A stretch of DNA of 32,000 nt from Nitrosospira multiformis ATCC 25196 (lineage in GTDB: Bacteria > Pseudomonadota > Gammaproteobacteria > Burkholderiales > Nitrosomonadaceae): assembly GCF_000196355.1 (NCBI RefSeq), contig NC_007614.1, positions 2,670,001 to 2,702,000 of the forward strand, written 5' to 3'. A model generated the notes under the pieces. It ran no database searches and was not told the DNA's origin. It saw only the letters and a list, made by a program, of their open reading frames with translations. Both the position numbers and the translations under genes were made by a program. Below are positions 8,925 to 19,091 of this stretch, in pieces; the first letter of the stretch is position 1; each line of letters starts with the position of its first letter.

Positions 8925-9866
8925 TTACTGACCCCCGAGAGTGGGGAGCAGCACCCGATAGATGTTGATGAAAGCCGGCCCCATCAGCACCAGCAGGAGT
9001 GACGGGAAGATAAAGAAAATCAGCGGAAAGAGCAGCTTGAGCGCGATTTTGGCCGCAGCTTCTTCCGCCCGTAGCCGACGGGTGGTGCGCAGCGTATCTG
9101 AATGGACGCGCAGGGAAGCGGCGACACTGGTGCCGAAGCGGTCGGCCTGGACCAGCATGGAAACCAGGGCCTCGATTTCTTCGACGCCGGTGCGCATGGC
9201 AAGGTTGCGCAGCGCCTGCTCCCGCGTCCTGCCGGCGCGCAGCTCCAGGCTTACCAGGTGAAGCTCGCTGGCGAGGGCCTTGCTCCGAAGGCGCATTTCT
9301 TCCGCCACCCGCACCATGGCGGCATCCAATCCCAGTCCCGCTTCAACGCATACTGTCATGAGATCGATGGCATCCGGAAAACTCTCGAACAGCTCCCGTT
9401 TGCGCTGTAAAACCAGGCGCCCCAGCACCAGGTTGGGCAGGTAATAGCCGAATGCCGCCAGACTCAGCAGGGCGAACAGGGCGGCATTGACATCCAGCTC
9501 CAGGCGGCCGATGCCGACGTAAAGCAGGAAAATCGCCGGTAACGCCAGCGCCAGCCCTGTCTTGGCCGCGAAATACACCATGGGCACGGAGCGCGCATGG
9601 TAGCCCGCGTGCATGAAGCGCGTGCGCAGCACCGAGGTTTCCCAGCCCTCGCTGGGGAGGGCCAGCTTGGCCAGCGGACCCGCCAGATTGACCATGGTCC
9701 GTTCCCAGCCGTCCCCGGCCTTCTGCTGCGAGGGGGAGTTCCCCGCGGCCACCTGCTCGAGGCGGGTTTTGGTGGGACGCGGCGCCAGCGCCCGCATCAC
9801 CCCGAACGCGGCTCCGGCCACCGCGATGAAAATCACCGCCAGGTAGGCGATTTGCACAGGTGTCAT
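8925..9866 (-). CDS. tadC: Flp pilus assembly inner-membrane protein TadC (T2SS F family)
   Basis: 313-aa polytopic ORF with the GspF-like core FPDAIDLMTVCVEAGLGLDAAM, directly after tadB. Confidence 0.9.
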   Translation of the reverse strand: MTPVQIAYLAVIFIAVAGAAFGVMRALAPRPTKTRLEQVAAGNSPSQQKAGDGWERTMVNLAGPLAKLALPSEGWETSVLRTRFMHAGYHARSVPMVYFAAKTGLALALPAIFLLYVGIGRLELDVNAALFALLSLAAFGYYLPNLVLGRLVLQRKRELFESFPDAIDLMTVCVEAGLGLDAAMVRVAEEMRLRSKALASELHLVSLELRAGRTREQALRNLAMRTGVEEIEALVSMLVQADRFGTSVAASLRVHSDTLRTTRRLRAEEAAAKIALKLLFPLIFFIFPSLLLVLMGPAFINIYRVLLPTLGGQ

Positions 9867-9908
9867 GTCTCGATTATCCTCATTTTTGGCATTGTGAGTG
9901 AAGCTGCT

Positions 9909-10880
9909 TCATACCCGAATCTTGATGATGCGCGACATGACGAAGATACCGATCACCATCATCCCCAGTGCCGTTCCCACCATCATCACTCCTATGGGGT
10001 CGGTCCACAATACCGTCAGGAATCCCGGGTTGACGAGATTGATCATCAAGGCAGTAGCAAACGGCAGGCAGGAAAGAATCCAGGCCGACAATCGCCCTTC
10101 GGCCGAAAGCACGCGGATTTTTCCCAGTAACGTCAGACGCGCGCGGATCAATCCGCTGATCTTGTCGAGCAGCTCCGCCAGATTGCCGCCGCTTTCGCGC
10201 TGGATCAGCACGGCGATGACAAAATAGCGCAGGTCGGTGATGGGCACCCGCGTAGCAAGGTTCATGAGCGCGTCCTGCACCGAGACACCGAAATTGATCT
10301 CGTCGAATGTCAGGCGAAATTCGTCGGCAGCCGGCTCGGGTCCGTCGGTGGAAGCCATCTGCAGCGCCCCGGAAAAGGCGTGGCCCGCCTTCAGCGCGCG
10401 CGCCATCAGGTCGATCACTTCCGGCAACTGCCGCTCGATTTTCTCCAGGCGCTTGCGTTTGGCGCTGAGCGTGAAAAACAGGGGCAGCACGCTTCCCGTC
10501 GCCCCGCACAACAGCGTGACCGCAAACGGCAGGCCCAGCAACGCGGCGCACGCCATTCCCCCGAGGGCGGTCATCGCCGTGTAGCCCAGGAAATGGGTCA
10601 CCATCAGGGACATGCCGGATTGCTGCAACAGGCGGTCGAGGCTGTGAATGCGTGGAATCTGCAGCAGGAAGCGCTCCAGCGCCGGCGAATTGCTCAGCAG
10701 CCGCTGCTTCATCAGCCCGGTTTCGGCGTCCCCCCATCCCGCGGAAACCGCCTGCAAACGCTCCTGGATGCGCTTTGCTTCCGGCCCGCGGTGCGCGTGC
10801 CAGGCCAGGTAGCCTCCTTCCAGCAGCAGCACGACCGCAAGGAAGCAGAATATGAGAAACAGATAGTAAAGAATGTCCAT
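9909..10880 (-). CDS. tadB: Flp pilus assembly inner-membrane protein TadB (T2SS F family)
   Basis: 323-aa ORF with LPEVIDLMARALKAGHAFSGAL and a C-terminal TM pair, directly after cpaF. Confidence 0.9.
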   Translation of the reverse strand: MDILYYLFLIFCFLAVVLLLEGGYLAWHAHRGPEAKRIQERLQAVSAGWGDAETGLMKQRLLSNSPALERFLLQIPRIHSLDRLLQQSGMSLMVTHFLGYTAMTALGGMACAALLGLPFAVTLLCGATGSVLPLFFTLSAKRKRLEKIERQLPEVIDLMARALKAGHAFSGALQMASTDGPEPAADEFRLTFDEINFGVSVQDALMNLATRVPITDLRYFVIAVLIQRESGGNLAELLDKISGLIRARLTLLGKIRVLSAEGRLSAWILSCLPFATALMINLVNPGFLTVLWTDPIGVMMVGTALGMMVIGIFVMSRIIKIRV

Positions 10881-10897
10881 TCCCGTCTCCTCGCCCC

Positions 10898-12256
<1,359 letters not shown>

Positions 12257-12284
12257 GACTGTCAGTCCATAAAATCGGGGTTAT

Positions 12285-13526
12285 CTAGAATGCAAACAAT
12301 TTCCTGAGCAGGTTTCCCTGGCCGGCGCCCCGGCATAGTTCATGCGCAATCTCCTGCAGCGATTTCGCCACCGGACTGCGGGGAGCGAGCTTGGTCGCGG
12401 GGATGCCCTGATTGACCGAACCAGTAACAACGGCGTAATCGTTCGGCACCACCTTGAATATCTTCAGGTTCAAAGTACTCTCGATGTCATCGAGAGTGAT
12501 ATCGGCATTTTTCTTGTAGCGGTTCACGATCAGCCGTATCTTTTCATCCGGATAGTTCAATGCGGCAAATGCGGCCGACATGCGTCTGGCGTCCCGGATG
12601 GAGGGGAGGGTCTGCTGCAGTACCGGGAAAATCAGATCGGCGCGATCCAGCGCCTGGATCGAAATCGCATCCAGTTCGCGCCCCACATCCAGGATCACGA
12701 AGTCATAATGTTTCATGGCGACCTGGAAGAGCGGATTGATGTGCTCCGACCTTATCTCCGCGGCCTTTTCCGGACTTTCCGGCGCAGCCAGCATGCCGAA
12801 ATTCGGCAATACCTGGATCATGCTCGAGTTGAGGAATGAGCCGTCCAGCCGCTGGATCTGGCGAGCCACATCGGCAATCGAAGTAGCGGGCGGGCCATCC
12901 TGCACGAACAGCGAGGCATCGCCAAACTGCAGGTTGAAATCGAACAAGGCGACCCGCTTGTTTTCCTGCGCGGCCAAGGCATAGGCAATGTTGGTCGCAA
13001 GAAACGTGGCGCCGCTGCCGCCTTTGCAGGGAATGAATGCCAGTACCTTGCACTCGTGCATCGGCATCCGCGACAGCGCAATTCTCTGCTGGAAGCGCTC
13101 GACGGCGTCGATCACCCCGTGGCGGGTCAACGGCGTCGGCAACACTTCGCGAACGCCGGCGCGCATGACTTCGATGAGCAGTTCGGGAGGCTGGGCCGGG
13201 CACAGCATCACCACGCCCACATCGGGAAAACGGGAGGTGACGCGATTGAGTGTCTCCAGTTCCATGGAACTGAAGTATTGCCCCTCCAGCATCAGCAAAT
13301 CAGGCTGTTCCTGCTCCGCCACGGCCGCAACCTGCTGCACCCCCCCGATCAGGCTGATCAGCGGATAGGACTTGTCTGCTTCGGCCAGAAATCTCTGGAT
13401 CGTGCTGGGATATTGCGAGTCTTGCGCGACGACGGCGATCTTCAATTTTTTGCCTTCCCTTGTTTTTTCCTGGTTGAATTTCGTGGCTATCTTTCCTGGC
13501 TGTCTTTCCTGCTGAGTTTTCATCAT
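12285..13526 (-). CDS. cpaE: CpaE/TadZ: pseudo-receiver domain plus MinD/ParA-like ATPase with an atypical Walker A
   Basis: Start set at MMKTQQERQ (13526), since the longer track ORF overlaps the upstream tadE-like gene. The N-terminal domain is receiver-like. The P-loop is PCKGGSGATFLATN, lacking the second Lys as is typical of TadZ. Confidence 0.88.
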   Translation of the reverse strand: MMKTQQERQPGKIATKFNQEKTREGKKLKIAVVAQDSQYPSTIQRFLAEADKSYPLISLIGGVQQVAAVAEQEQPDLLMLEGQYFSSMELETLNRVTSRFPDVGVVMLCPAQPPELLIEVMRAGVREVLPTPLTRHGVIDAVERFQQRIALSRMPMHECKVLAFIPCKGGSGATFLATNIAYALAAQENKRVALFDFNLQFGDASLFVQDGPPATSIADVARQIQRLDGSFLNSSMIQVLPNFGMLAAPESPEKAAEIRSEHINPLFQVAMKHYDFVILDVGRELDAISIQALDRADLIFPVLQQTLPSIRDARRMSAAFAALNYPDEKIRLIVNRYKKNADITLDDIESTLNLKIFKVVPNDYAVVTGSVNQGIPATKLAPRSPVAKSLQEIAHELCRGAGQGNLLRKLFAF

Positions 13527-13534
13527 TCTCCCGG

Positions 13535-13996
13535 TCAGCTGCAATCCGGATTGGCCTCGCCCCCGGCATCCATGCCCATGCTTTCGCGCGGGAGGGTCGT
13601 GGCGAAGGGAGGCATGCTGAGATTCAGCGGCACAAACGGGATGAATGTTGAAACATTCAGGCCGGTGATGCTGACGGTAACCGACCGGCATGAACTGGCG
13701 TCGCAGCCGGATGGGTCGTATGAAATCTCGATGGTGCCCGGTGTCAGGATGCTGAGCATGTTGCCCATGCGGGTCTTGATGATGGCCGCATCCTTGGCGC
13801 ACACTACCGCCAGCCTCGCCCCGAGCCGCGTGGCCTCGGTCGCGGTATTCCAGTAGAACAACACGCGGCCCATTTCGATGATCCCGAACAGCAGGATAAA
13901 CAGAAGCGAAGCAATGAGCGCAAATTCGACCGCGGCGGCGCCCCGTTGCCGGAACCGGTTCGCGTGCGACAATCGGCAAGAGCGTCGCGCATTCAT
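13535..13996 (-). CDS. TadE/TadF-like minor pseudopilin
   Basis: 153 aa reading MNARRSCRLSHANRFRQRGAAAVEFALIASLLFILLFGIIEMGR, the TadE N-terminal motif. Its start shares one nucleotide with the upstream stop (TGATG). Confidence 0.85.
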   Translation of the reverse strand: MNARRSCRLSHANRFRQRGAAAVEFALIASLLFILLFGIIEMGRVLFYWNTATEATRLGARLAVVCAKDAAIIKTRMGNMLSILTPGTIEISYDPSGCDASSCRSVTVSITGLNVSTFIPFVPLNLSMPPFATTLPRESMGMDAGGEANPDCS

Positions 13997-14538
13997 CACA
14001 GCTGCCTCATCGTGGCGTGGATATCGCTGAACGGAATGGTGTCCGCGGCGGCGCCAAACAATCGGGCCGGATTGAAGACAAAATTGAAGACATACCCCGT
14101 GATCCTGACCTCGACCAATGTAACCGACGTGCCTGCGGCGGTAGTGGTGGCGCTGGACGCAATCGTCACCATCCCGGTCGTCAGACCGGGCGCCAGAGCC
14201 GGCCCGCTGCAACTGATGTTGCCATGCACCGCCAGGCATCGGGCCTCTTCCAGCACTGGCCCGTAAGAAGCCGGGTCTGCAGGATTGTGGTGCGACAGCA
14301 GGCGCGCCGCATCGCGCACCGTCTTGACGAGCGTGTTGTACTGGTACAGCGCGCGGCCGTATTCGGCGATGCCGAACGCCAGCAGCAGCAGGGGAACCAG
14401 CAGCAGGGCGAACTCCACTGCAACAGCGCCGCGCATCTCCCTCAGTTTCGTTCCTTGCTTCGTTCCCCTGCCGGGGCGCGGAAATGCCCGCCCGTTGTAT
14501 ATGCTTCTGTCGTATTCCTGCTTATCCAGAGTGGTCAT
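13996..14538 (-). CDS. TadE-like minor pseudopilin
   Basis: 180 aa starting MTTLDKQ (SD AGGAttactgtgATG) and containing REMRGAVAVEFALLLVPLLLLAFGIAEYGRALY. The rest of the track ORF upstream is read-through into tadG. Confidence 0.85.
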   Translation of the reverse strand: MTTLDKQEYDRSIYNGRAFPRPGRGTKQGTKLREMRGAVAVEFALLLVPLLLLAFGIAEYGRALYQYNTLVKTVRDAARLLSHHNPADPASYGPVLEEARCLAVHGNISCSGPALAPGLTTGMVTIASSATTTAAGTSVTLVEVRITGYVFNFVFNPARLFGAAADTIPFSDIHATMRQL

Positions 14539-14549
14539 CACAGTAATCC

Positions 14550-15863
14550 TCATCGCACCAGCACCGGGACGAGGGGTCCGCCGGCGGCGGGCCCGCCGGG
14601 TACGCCGGAACTCGCGCAGGGGCTGCCCTCGTCGTCCGACCGCCCGAGGTATTCGAGATACATGCGAGTTGCGCCGGTTCCGGTACCTCCCGCGTTGGTA
14701 TTGATCGGATGCAGCATCAGGATGCAGGCCCATGACTGCACGGGCGCCACTGTGGAACCGCCAGTAAAACCGCTGCAGTCGAGCACAGCGGCAGTCGCGA
14801 GCCGGCGGTCTCCGCCGCGTGCTTGGAGGGTGGCCGAGTTGATGACCGTTCCATTCGTGCGCAACCCGGTAGTGGTGTCCCCCTGGTAGGGCGCATACAC
14901 CGCCCGTTTGCTCCTGAAATCGGCAAACGCATTGAATTTGGAAGGCCAGCTTCCCGCGGCATCGGTATAGGCGCGACCGGTGTAGTCCGGCACCGATTCC
15001 CCCTGCTTGACGCTCCCCTGGTAGATGCCAAAACGGCTGTTCCAGTGGGCTCCGAGCGAAGACATGACGCCCGCTTCGCCGACCTCGGTCCCCAGGGCGG
15101 GGAGATTGCACACACCCGGACCCGTCAGGATGCCCCCCAGTTCGGACGCCCCGCCGCCGGGCGGCGTGTAATCCACCCACATGAAATTTCCCGTCAGATT
15201 GCCATTTCCGCCGCCTGATTTACCGGGACCTATCACGCTCTGCAGCCAGGTACCCCTCGGTGTCGCGGGCGTGATCGCGCTGCTGCAGATGCCTACCGGA
15301 ATGGCGCAAGAGGTAACCTGAGAGGGTGTGCGGGTGGCCACTGCGGTGGCCGCCACTGCCTGGTTGCCGATCGTCACTCCCGGCAGAAGGTTGAGCACCT
15401 GAATGAACCAGTTGGCAATTCCGGTTCGTTGCACCGTGCAGCGCGCGTACTGCATGAGCACGGCTTCCGCCGGACCGATTGCGGCCTTGGCCTGGTAGAC
15501 ACCGTTGAGTGTCTGGCTGAATGTCACGCTGTCGTCAACGCCCAAGGCAATCATCTCATCCTGGAAGAGGACATCGTGGCGCATGCCTGCGGTCATTCCC
15601 GCCGCTTCGGCCAGGACGAGTTGATTGGTATTCGCCCCGTTGAGCTCCCGTGCTGCCGCCAATGCGCAGGCATCGGCGCTGTTCTGCAGCTCCGACTTGG
15701 CTACGTAGAGCTTGCCCAGATCCAGTGCCAGGCCGGCAAAACCCACCAGGACGACCAGCGACAGGGCCACGATGATGGCGACCACGCCCTTTTCCTGGCG
15801 GCAGCCCGGATGGTTCCGGTTTCTCCGTAACCTGTCTGAAACCCGTTTCATGGCCTTGTCCAT
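14550..15863 (-). CDS. TadG-like pilus assembly protein (TadE/G-like N-terminal domain, no vWA motif seen)
   Basis: 437 aa with an N-terminal QEKGVVAIIVALSLVVLVGFAGLALDLGKLYVAKSELQNSADACALAAAREL. Confidence 0.8.
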   Translation of the reverse strand: MDKAMKRVSDRLRRNRNHPGCRQEKGVVAIIVALSLVVLVGFAGLALDLGKLYVAKSELQNSADACALAAARELNGANTNQLVLAEAAGMTAGMRHDVLFQDEMIALGVDDSVTFSQTLNGVYQAKAAIGPAEAVLMQYARCTVQRTGIANWFIQVLNLLPGVTIGNQAVAATAVATRTPSQVTSCAIPVGICSSAITPATPRGTWLQSVIGPGKSGGGNGNLTGNFMWVDYTPPGGGASELGGILTGPGVCNLPALGTEVGEAGVMSSLGAHWNSRFGIYQGSVKQGESVPDYTGRAYTDAAGSWPSKFNAFADFRSKRAVYAPYQGDTTTGLRTNGTVINSATLQARGGDRRLATAAVLDCSGFTGGSTVAPVQSWACILMLHPINTNAGGTGTGATRMYLEYLGRSDDEGSPCASSGVPGGPAAGGPLVPVLVR

Positions 15864-15916
15864 TATCTACTGTCGCACTGTCCTGACTTCAAACGCGCTC
15901 GCCCCGGCGAATGACA

Positions 15917-16279
15917 TTACCTGCCGTACATTCCGCCGCCACCCCCGCCGCCGCTTCCGGCCCTGCCGCTGCCAACGTTTACCACGCCGCCTGACAAGGC
16001 CGGCCGCGGATTCACGTACGATTCACGGTAGCTGTCCACCGCAGCGTCGCCGGCCTGCCCGTCGATTCCCCTGACTGGAGCGTTATCGTGGGAGGCATTG
16101 GGATTGGCGATCTGCTGGGTCCGGGCGATGTTCACGGCAATGCCGGACTGCGCGTCCAGCCGGGGGGTGGCAGGTATACATCCCGCCAGCGTGAGAGTGG
16201 CGATCACAACGGCTGCCAGAACGATTGCCCTGCCGGGGCGCAAGCTGGCTGGAGTGGCGGTTATCAGGTTTGTGTGCAT
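15917..16279 (-). CDS. Small lipoprotein with a poly-Gly tail, in the CpaD/RcpB position after the secretin
   Basis: Lipobox LTLAGC. The start is ATG 16279 (MHTNLITA..) or the alternative 16306. The C-terminus is GSGRAGSGGGGGGGMYGR. I recognise no family. Confidence 0.6.
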   Translation of the reverse strand: MHTNLITATPASLRPGRAIVLAAVVIATLTLAGCIPATPRLDAQSGIAVNIARTQQIANPNASHDNAPVRGIDGQAGDAAVDSYRESYVNPRPALSGGVVNVGSGRAGSGGGGGGGMYGR

Positions 16280-16313
16280 GCTGGGTGCGTCCTCATCGTT
16301 TCTCATTTCATCC

Positions 16314-18038
16314 TCATTTCATCTCGAACCCGGCATCACGCCCGGGCTGGGGCTGTGGTTGGCCCTGTGGTTGGCCCTGTGGTTGGCCCGATAGTTGCCC
16401 CGAGGGTGGATACTGCGGAGGGTATTCCGATGCCGGCATGCCCTTGGGCAGCAGGCCCGTCGGCGAGCCTTCCATCCTCCCGTCGAACAGGAAGTCCGGT
16501 CGGTCAGGCTGGACGAAAGCATCGGTCGGCAGAGCGTAATCGGGTTGCAGCGGTTTGATCAGGCGCGGCGTCACCACCACCATGAGCTCGGTCTTGTCTT
16601 TCTGGAAATCGCTGCTGCGGAACAGGGCGCCGAGTATCGGAATCTCTCCCAGCACCGGGAAGCGCTTGATCGTTTCCTTGATGTTGTCCTGCAGCAGGCC
16701 GCCGATGGCCAGTGACTGGCCGTCGCGCAGCTGCACCGTGGTGGATACGCGCCGCGTCGTGAAGGTGGGTACAGCCAGCACTCCCCCAAGCCCGGTAGTG
16801 GCGATGGTGTCGAACTTGACCAGTTCCGTCACTTCCGGCGACACCACCAGATTGATGCGGCCCTCCTCCAGCACGGTGGGGGTGAACCGCAGGCCCACGC
16901 CGAACTGCCGGGACTGAAGGGTGATCACACCCGCGTATTGGGGAATGGGGATCATGACTTCCCCACCCACCAGGAAGCTCGCTTCCTGGCCGCTGATCGC
17001 CACGATGTTGGGTTCGGCCAGGATGTGGAAGAGTTCGTCCTTTTTCTCGGCATCGATCAGGAAAGCGTCGCCGATCTCGGGGGTGCCCCTTGACTGGAAC
17101 AGCATGCCGGGCGCGCCGCCAATGATACCGGTCATGATCTGCGTCCAGGCGCTCCCGGCTTTTCTGGCCGCTCTCTGGAAATCGAAACCGAGCCTTTCCG
17201 CGACCTTGCGGTTGATCTCCGCCACCTTCACTTCGAGCATCACCTGCTGGTTGCTGCCCACCTGCAACAGATTGACCACCTGGACGCTGCCCAGCCCCTG
17301 GCCGGCGCCCTTGGGTTCGTCTCCTCCGCCCTGCCCGCCGGACGCGTCCCCGCCCTGCTTTCCGCCACGCTGCCCGCCTTGGCCCCCTGCCGCGGCGCGC
17401 ACATAAGCATCCGCCAGCGCCACTGCCCGATCCGCTTTCAGCGTATCGGATACCGTGCCGGAGAGGACCAGCGAATCCCCCGCCGCAGTCACCTTGATGT
17501 CGGTTTCACCCGGCATGAGTTCCCGCAGCTTGGCTTGCAGGGCCGCTGCATCCAGGATGACAGTGACATTGATGACGGCAGTCTGGCTACTTCCCGCTAG
17601 TCCGCCGCGGGTCCACAGAATGACGTTGGTCGTCCCGATCGACTTGCCCAGCACGTAGATTTCGCCCGGACTGATCAGCGTCACATCGGCCACGTCCGGA
17701 TTGCCTACCGATATCCGCGTGACCGGGGCCGGCAGCCTGAGCAGGGCCGATTTGCCATAGGTCACATCCATGTCGGAGGCTGCGAGCAACCCTTCCACTG
17801 GCCCTGCCGGCTTCGCCGCGGCAACCATCGGCCGGCCCATCGCTTGACCCGCCGCGGTCTGATTCGCCGCGGAAAGCTCGCCACTCAGTCCCAGCGTTAT
17901 CCCCAGCAGCACCGTGATCAGCGCCGCCCGCACGGGTGGGCGGGCAAAAGCGGGGGTTCGACGGAAAGCGACGACATCTGACGTAGTCATGGGCATCGGG
18001 ATGACAGAAAATCTGTTCAGGGAGAGCTGCGACTTCAT
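16314..18038 (-). CDS. cpaC: Tad pilus outer-membrane secretin CpaC/RcpA
   Basis: 574 aa with a signal peptide and an N-terminal pilus-formation/BON-like region (VTRISVGNPDVADVTLISPGEIYVLGKSIGTTNVILW). The secretin core reads TTVQLRDGQSLAIGGLLQDN...PVLGEIPILGALFRS. The start overlaps the cpaB stop (ATGA). Confidence 0.95.
   Translation of the reverse strand: MKSQLSLNRFSVIPMPMTTSDVVAFRRTPAFARPPVRAALITVLLGITLGLSGELSAANQTAAGQAMGRPMVAAAKPAGPVEGLLAASDMDVTYGKSALLRLPAPVTRISVGNPDVADVTLISPGEIYVLGKSIGTTNVILWTRGGLAGSSQTAVINVTVILDAAALQAKLRELMPGETDIKVTAAGDSLVLSGTVSDTLKADRAVALADAYVRAAAGGQGGQRGGKQGGDASGGQGGGDEPKGAGQGLGSVQVVNLLQVGSNQQVMLEVKVAEINRKVAERLGFDFQRAARKAGSAWTQIMTGIIGGAPGMLFQSRGTPEIGDAFLIDAEKKDELFHILAEPNIVAISGQEASFLVGGEVMIPIPQYAGVITLQSRQFGVGLRFTPTVLEEGRINLVVSPEVTELVKFDTIATTGLGGVLAVPTFTTRRVSTTVQLRDGQSLAIGGLLQDNIKETIKRFPVLGEIPILGALFRSSDFQKDKTELMVVVTPRLIKPLQPDYALPTDAFVQPDRPDFLFDGRMEGSPTGLLPKGMPASEYPPQYPPSGQLSGQPQGQPQGQPQPQPGRDAGFEMK
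16353..16388. repeat. Perfect 12-bp tandem repeat x3 inside the cpaC 3' end
   Basis: CTGTGGTTGGCC x3, in frame, encoding (GQPQ)3 in the secretin C-terminal tail. Confidence 0.95.
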
Positions 18039-18844
18039 CGGGTTTCCTTTTCCACGGGTTTTGCTTCAGTTCTTTCAATGCCACGGATGATTTCCACGCC
18101 GGCCCTGGGGGTGGCCACCGGAGTACGCCGGACAGGGGCTGGAGCGGGCTCGGAATGCAGTTTCAGCAGATCCCGGGTGCGCACTCCCGCAGTGGTGCCG
18201 GGGCTCTTGTCGATCTGGTTGCGCAGCACCAGCGACAGGGTGCCGATGCTGCGCGCGAGGTCGAGTTTTTCCGCTTCCTGCGGCGTCACTTCCAGCGTCA
18301 CGGCGGTGACCGCCTTAGGCTTGGTTTCATCCCGGCCCAGGTCCTGTCCCACTGCCAGCACAAGAATGCGCTCCAGCACGATCTTGGAAATGGGCTTGTC
18401 GTTTTCATCCTTGGCGTTGACCAGGATATCCACGTTGTTGCCGGGCAGCGCGAATCCGGCGAGGCCGACGATCTCGTTGACTTTCACCGTGATGGCGCGC
18501 TTGCCTTCGGCAATCACGCCCGACAATCCTCCCGCAGCCCCCTGCGGCGCCAGCTTGGCTTCCAGCAGGGGCTCGCCGCGGACCAGGTTGACCTTGACCA
18601 CGCGTGTATCCAGCAGCTTTGCGTCCTGAAAGGACCCCTCCGGCACCGTTGCGCGCGGCCAGTCTGACGGCTGCAGCATATCCGGCGTCAGCCGGGTGCC
18701 GACGTCGATATCGCGCGAAGCAACGATCACGGTGGCGGCATCCACGCTCGCGCGGTCGATGATCCACCTGCCGGCGACCACTACCGCGGCCAATCCCAGC
18801 AGCAGCGAGATCACGATCATCCATATCGCCCTCACGTTCTTCAT
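18035..18844 (-). CDS. cpaB: Flp pilus assembly protein CpaB/RcpC (SAF domain)
   Basis: 269 aa with an N-terminal TM segment (IWMIVISLLLGLAAVVVAG), then VIVASRDIDVGTRLTPDML and RAITVKVNEIVGLAGFALPGNNVDILV. SD AGGAAAtgactgaATG. Confidence 0.92.
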   Translation of the reverse strand: MKNVRAIWMIVISLLLGLAAVVVAGRWIIDRASVDAATVIVASRDIDVGTRLTPDMLQPSDWPRATVPEGSFQDAKLLDTRVVKVNLVRGEPLLEAKLAPQGAAGGLSGVIAEGKRAITVKVNEIVGLAGFALPGNNVDILVNAKDENDKPISKIVLERILVLAVGQDLGRDETKPKAVTAVTLEVTPQEAEKLDLARSIGTLSLVLRNQIDKSPGTTAGVRTRDLLKLHSEPAPAPVRRTPVATPRAGVEIIRGIERTEAKPVEKETR

Positions 18845-18993
18845 TCAGTCATTTCCTTTTAGCTGACTTTCGCTGATAATCATTTCCGGGATCACCCAAG
18901 CTGCCTTCTCGTGATCCAGTCGCTCGATTCATTGATTCTCATATATGCAGATACCGACGCTCCGATAGCCCGCAAACCCATCAGAGCGCTCTT

Positions 18994-19050
18994 ATACTTT
19001 CGCCCTGTACTTCGATTTGGTACTTTCGCTTTTGTACCTTGTACCTGTAT
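18994..19050. promoter_or_regulatory. Phased GTAC-containing repeat array in the cpaA-cpaB gap (candidate regulator binding sites / internal promoter region)
   Basis: RTACTT(T)CG occurs at 18994, 19007 and 19020, an exact 13-bp period. It is followed by GTACC at 19034, GTACC at 19041 and GTAT at 19047. Confidence 0.45.
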
Positions 19051-19091
19051 TCCCGCATGCTCATCTGGCATACGTTTGTCAGTTCAGTTTT

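Noticed and set aside
13527-15180. Long N-terminal extensions of track ORFs 12285-13979, 13535-14239 and 13996-15180
   Set aside because: The extensions overlap the upstream tad genes in other frames and are Arg/His/Gly-rich. Internal starts with SD sequences and canonical TadE/TadZ N-termini give a compact, coupled operon.
16353-16388. Short tandem repeats considered as a CRISPR-like array (also 20642-20680)
   Set aside because: The units are 10-12 bp with no spacers, and they lie inside or at the start of genes. They are not CRISPR arrays.
18892-19071. 59-codon minus-strand ORF (MPDEHAGIQVQGTKAKVPNRSTG...) in the cpaA-cpaB gap
   Set aside because: It has no SD and a basic low-complexity sequence generated by the GTAC repeats themselves. 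I cannot support it as coding, and a regulatory role for this DNA is more likely.
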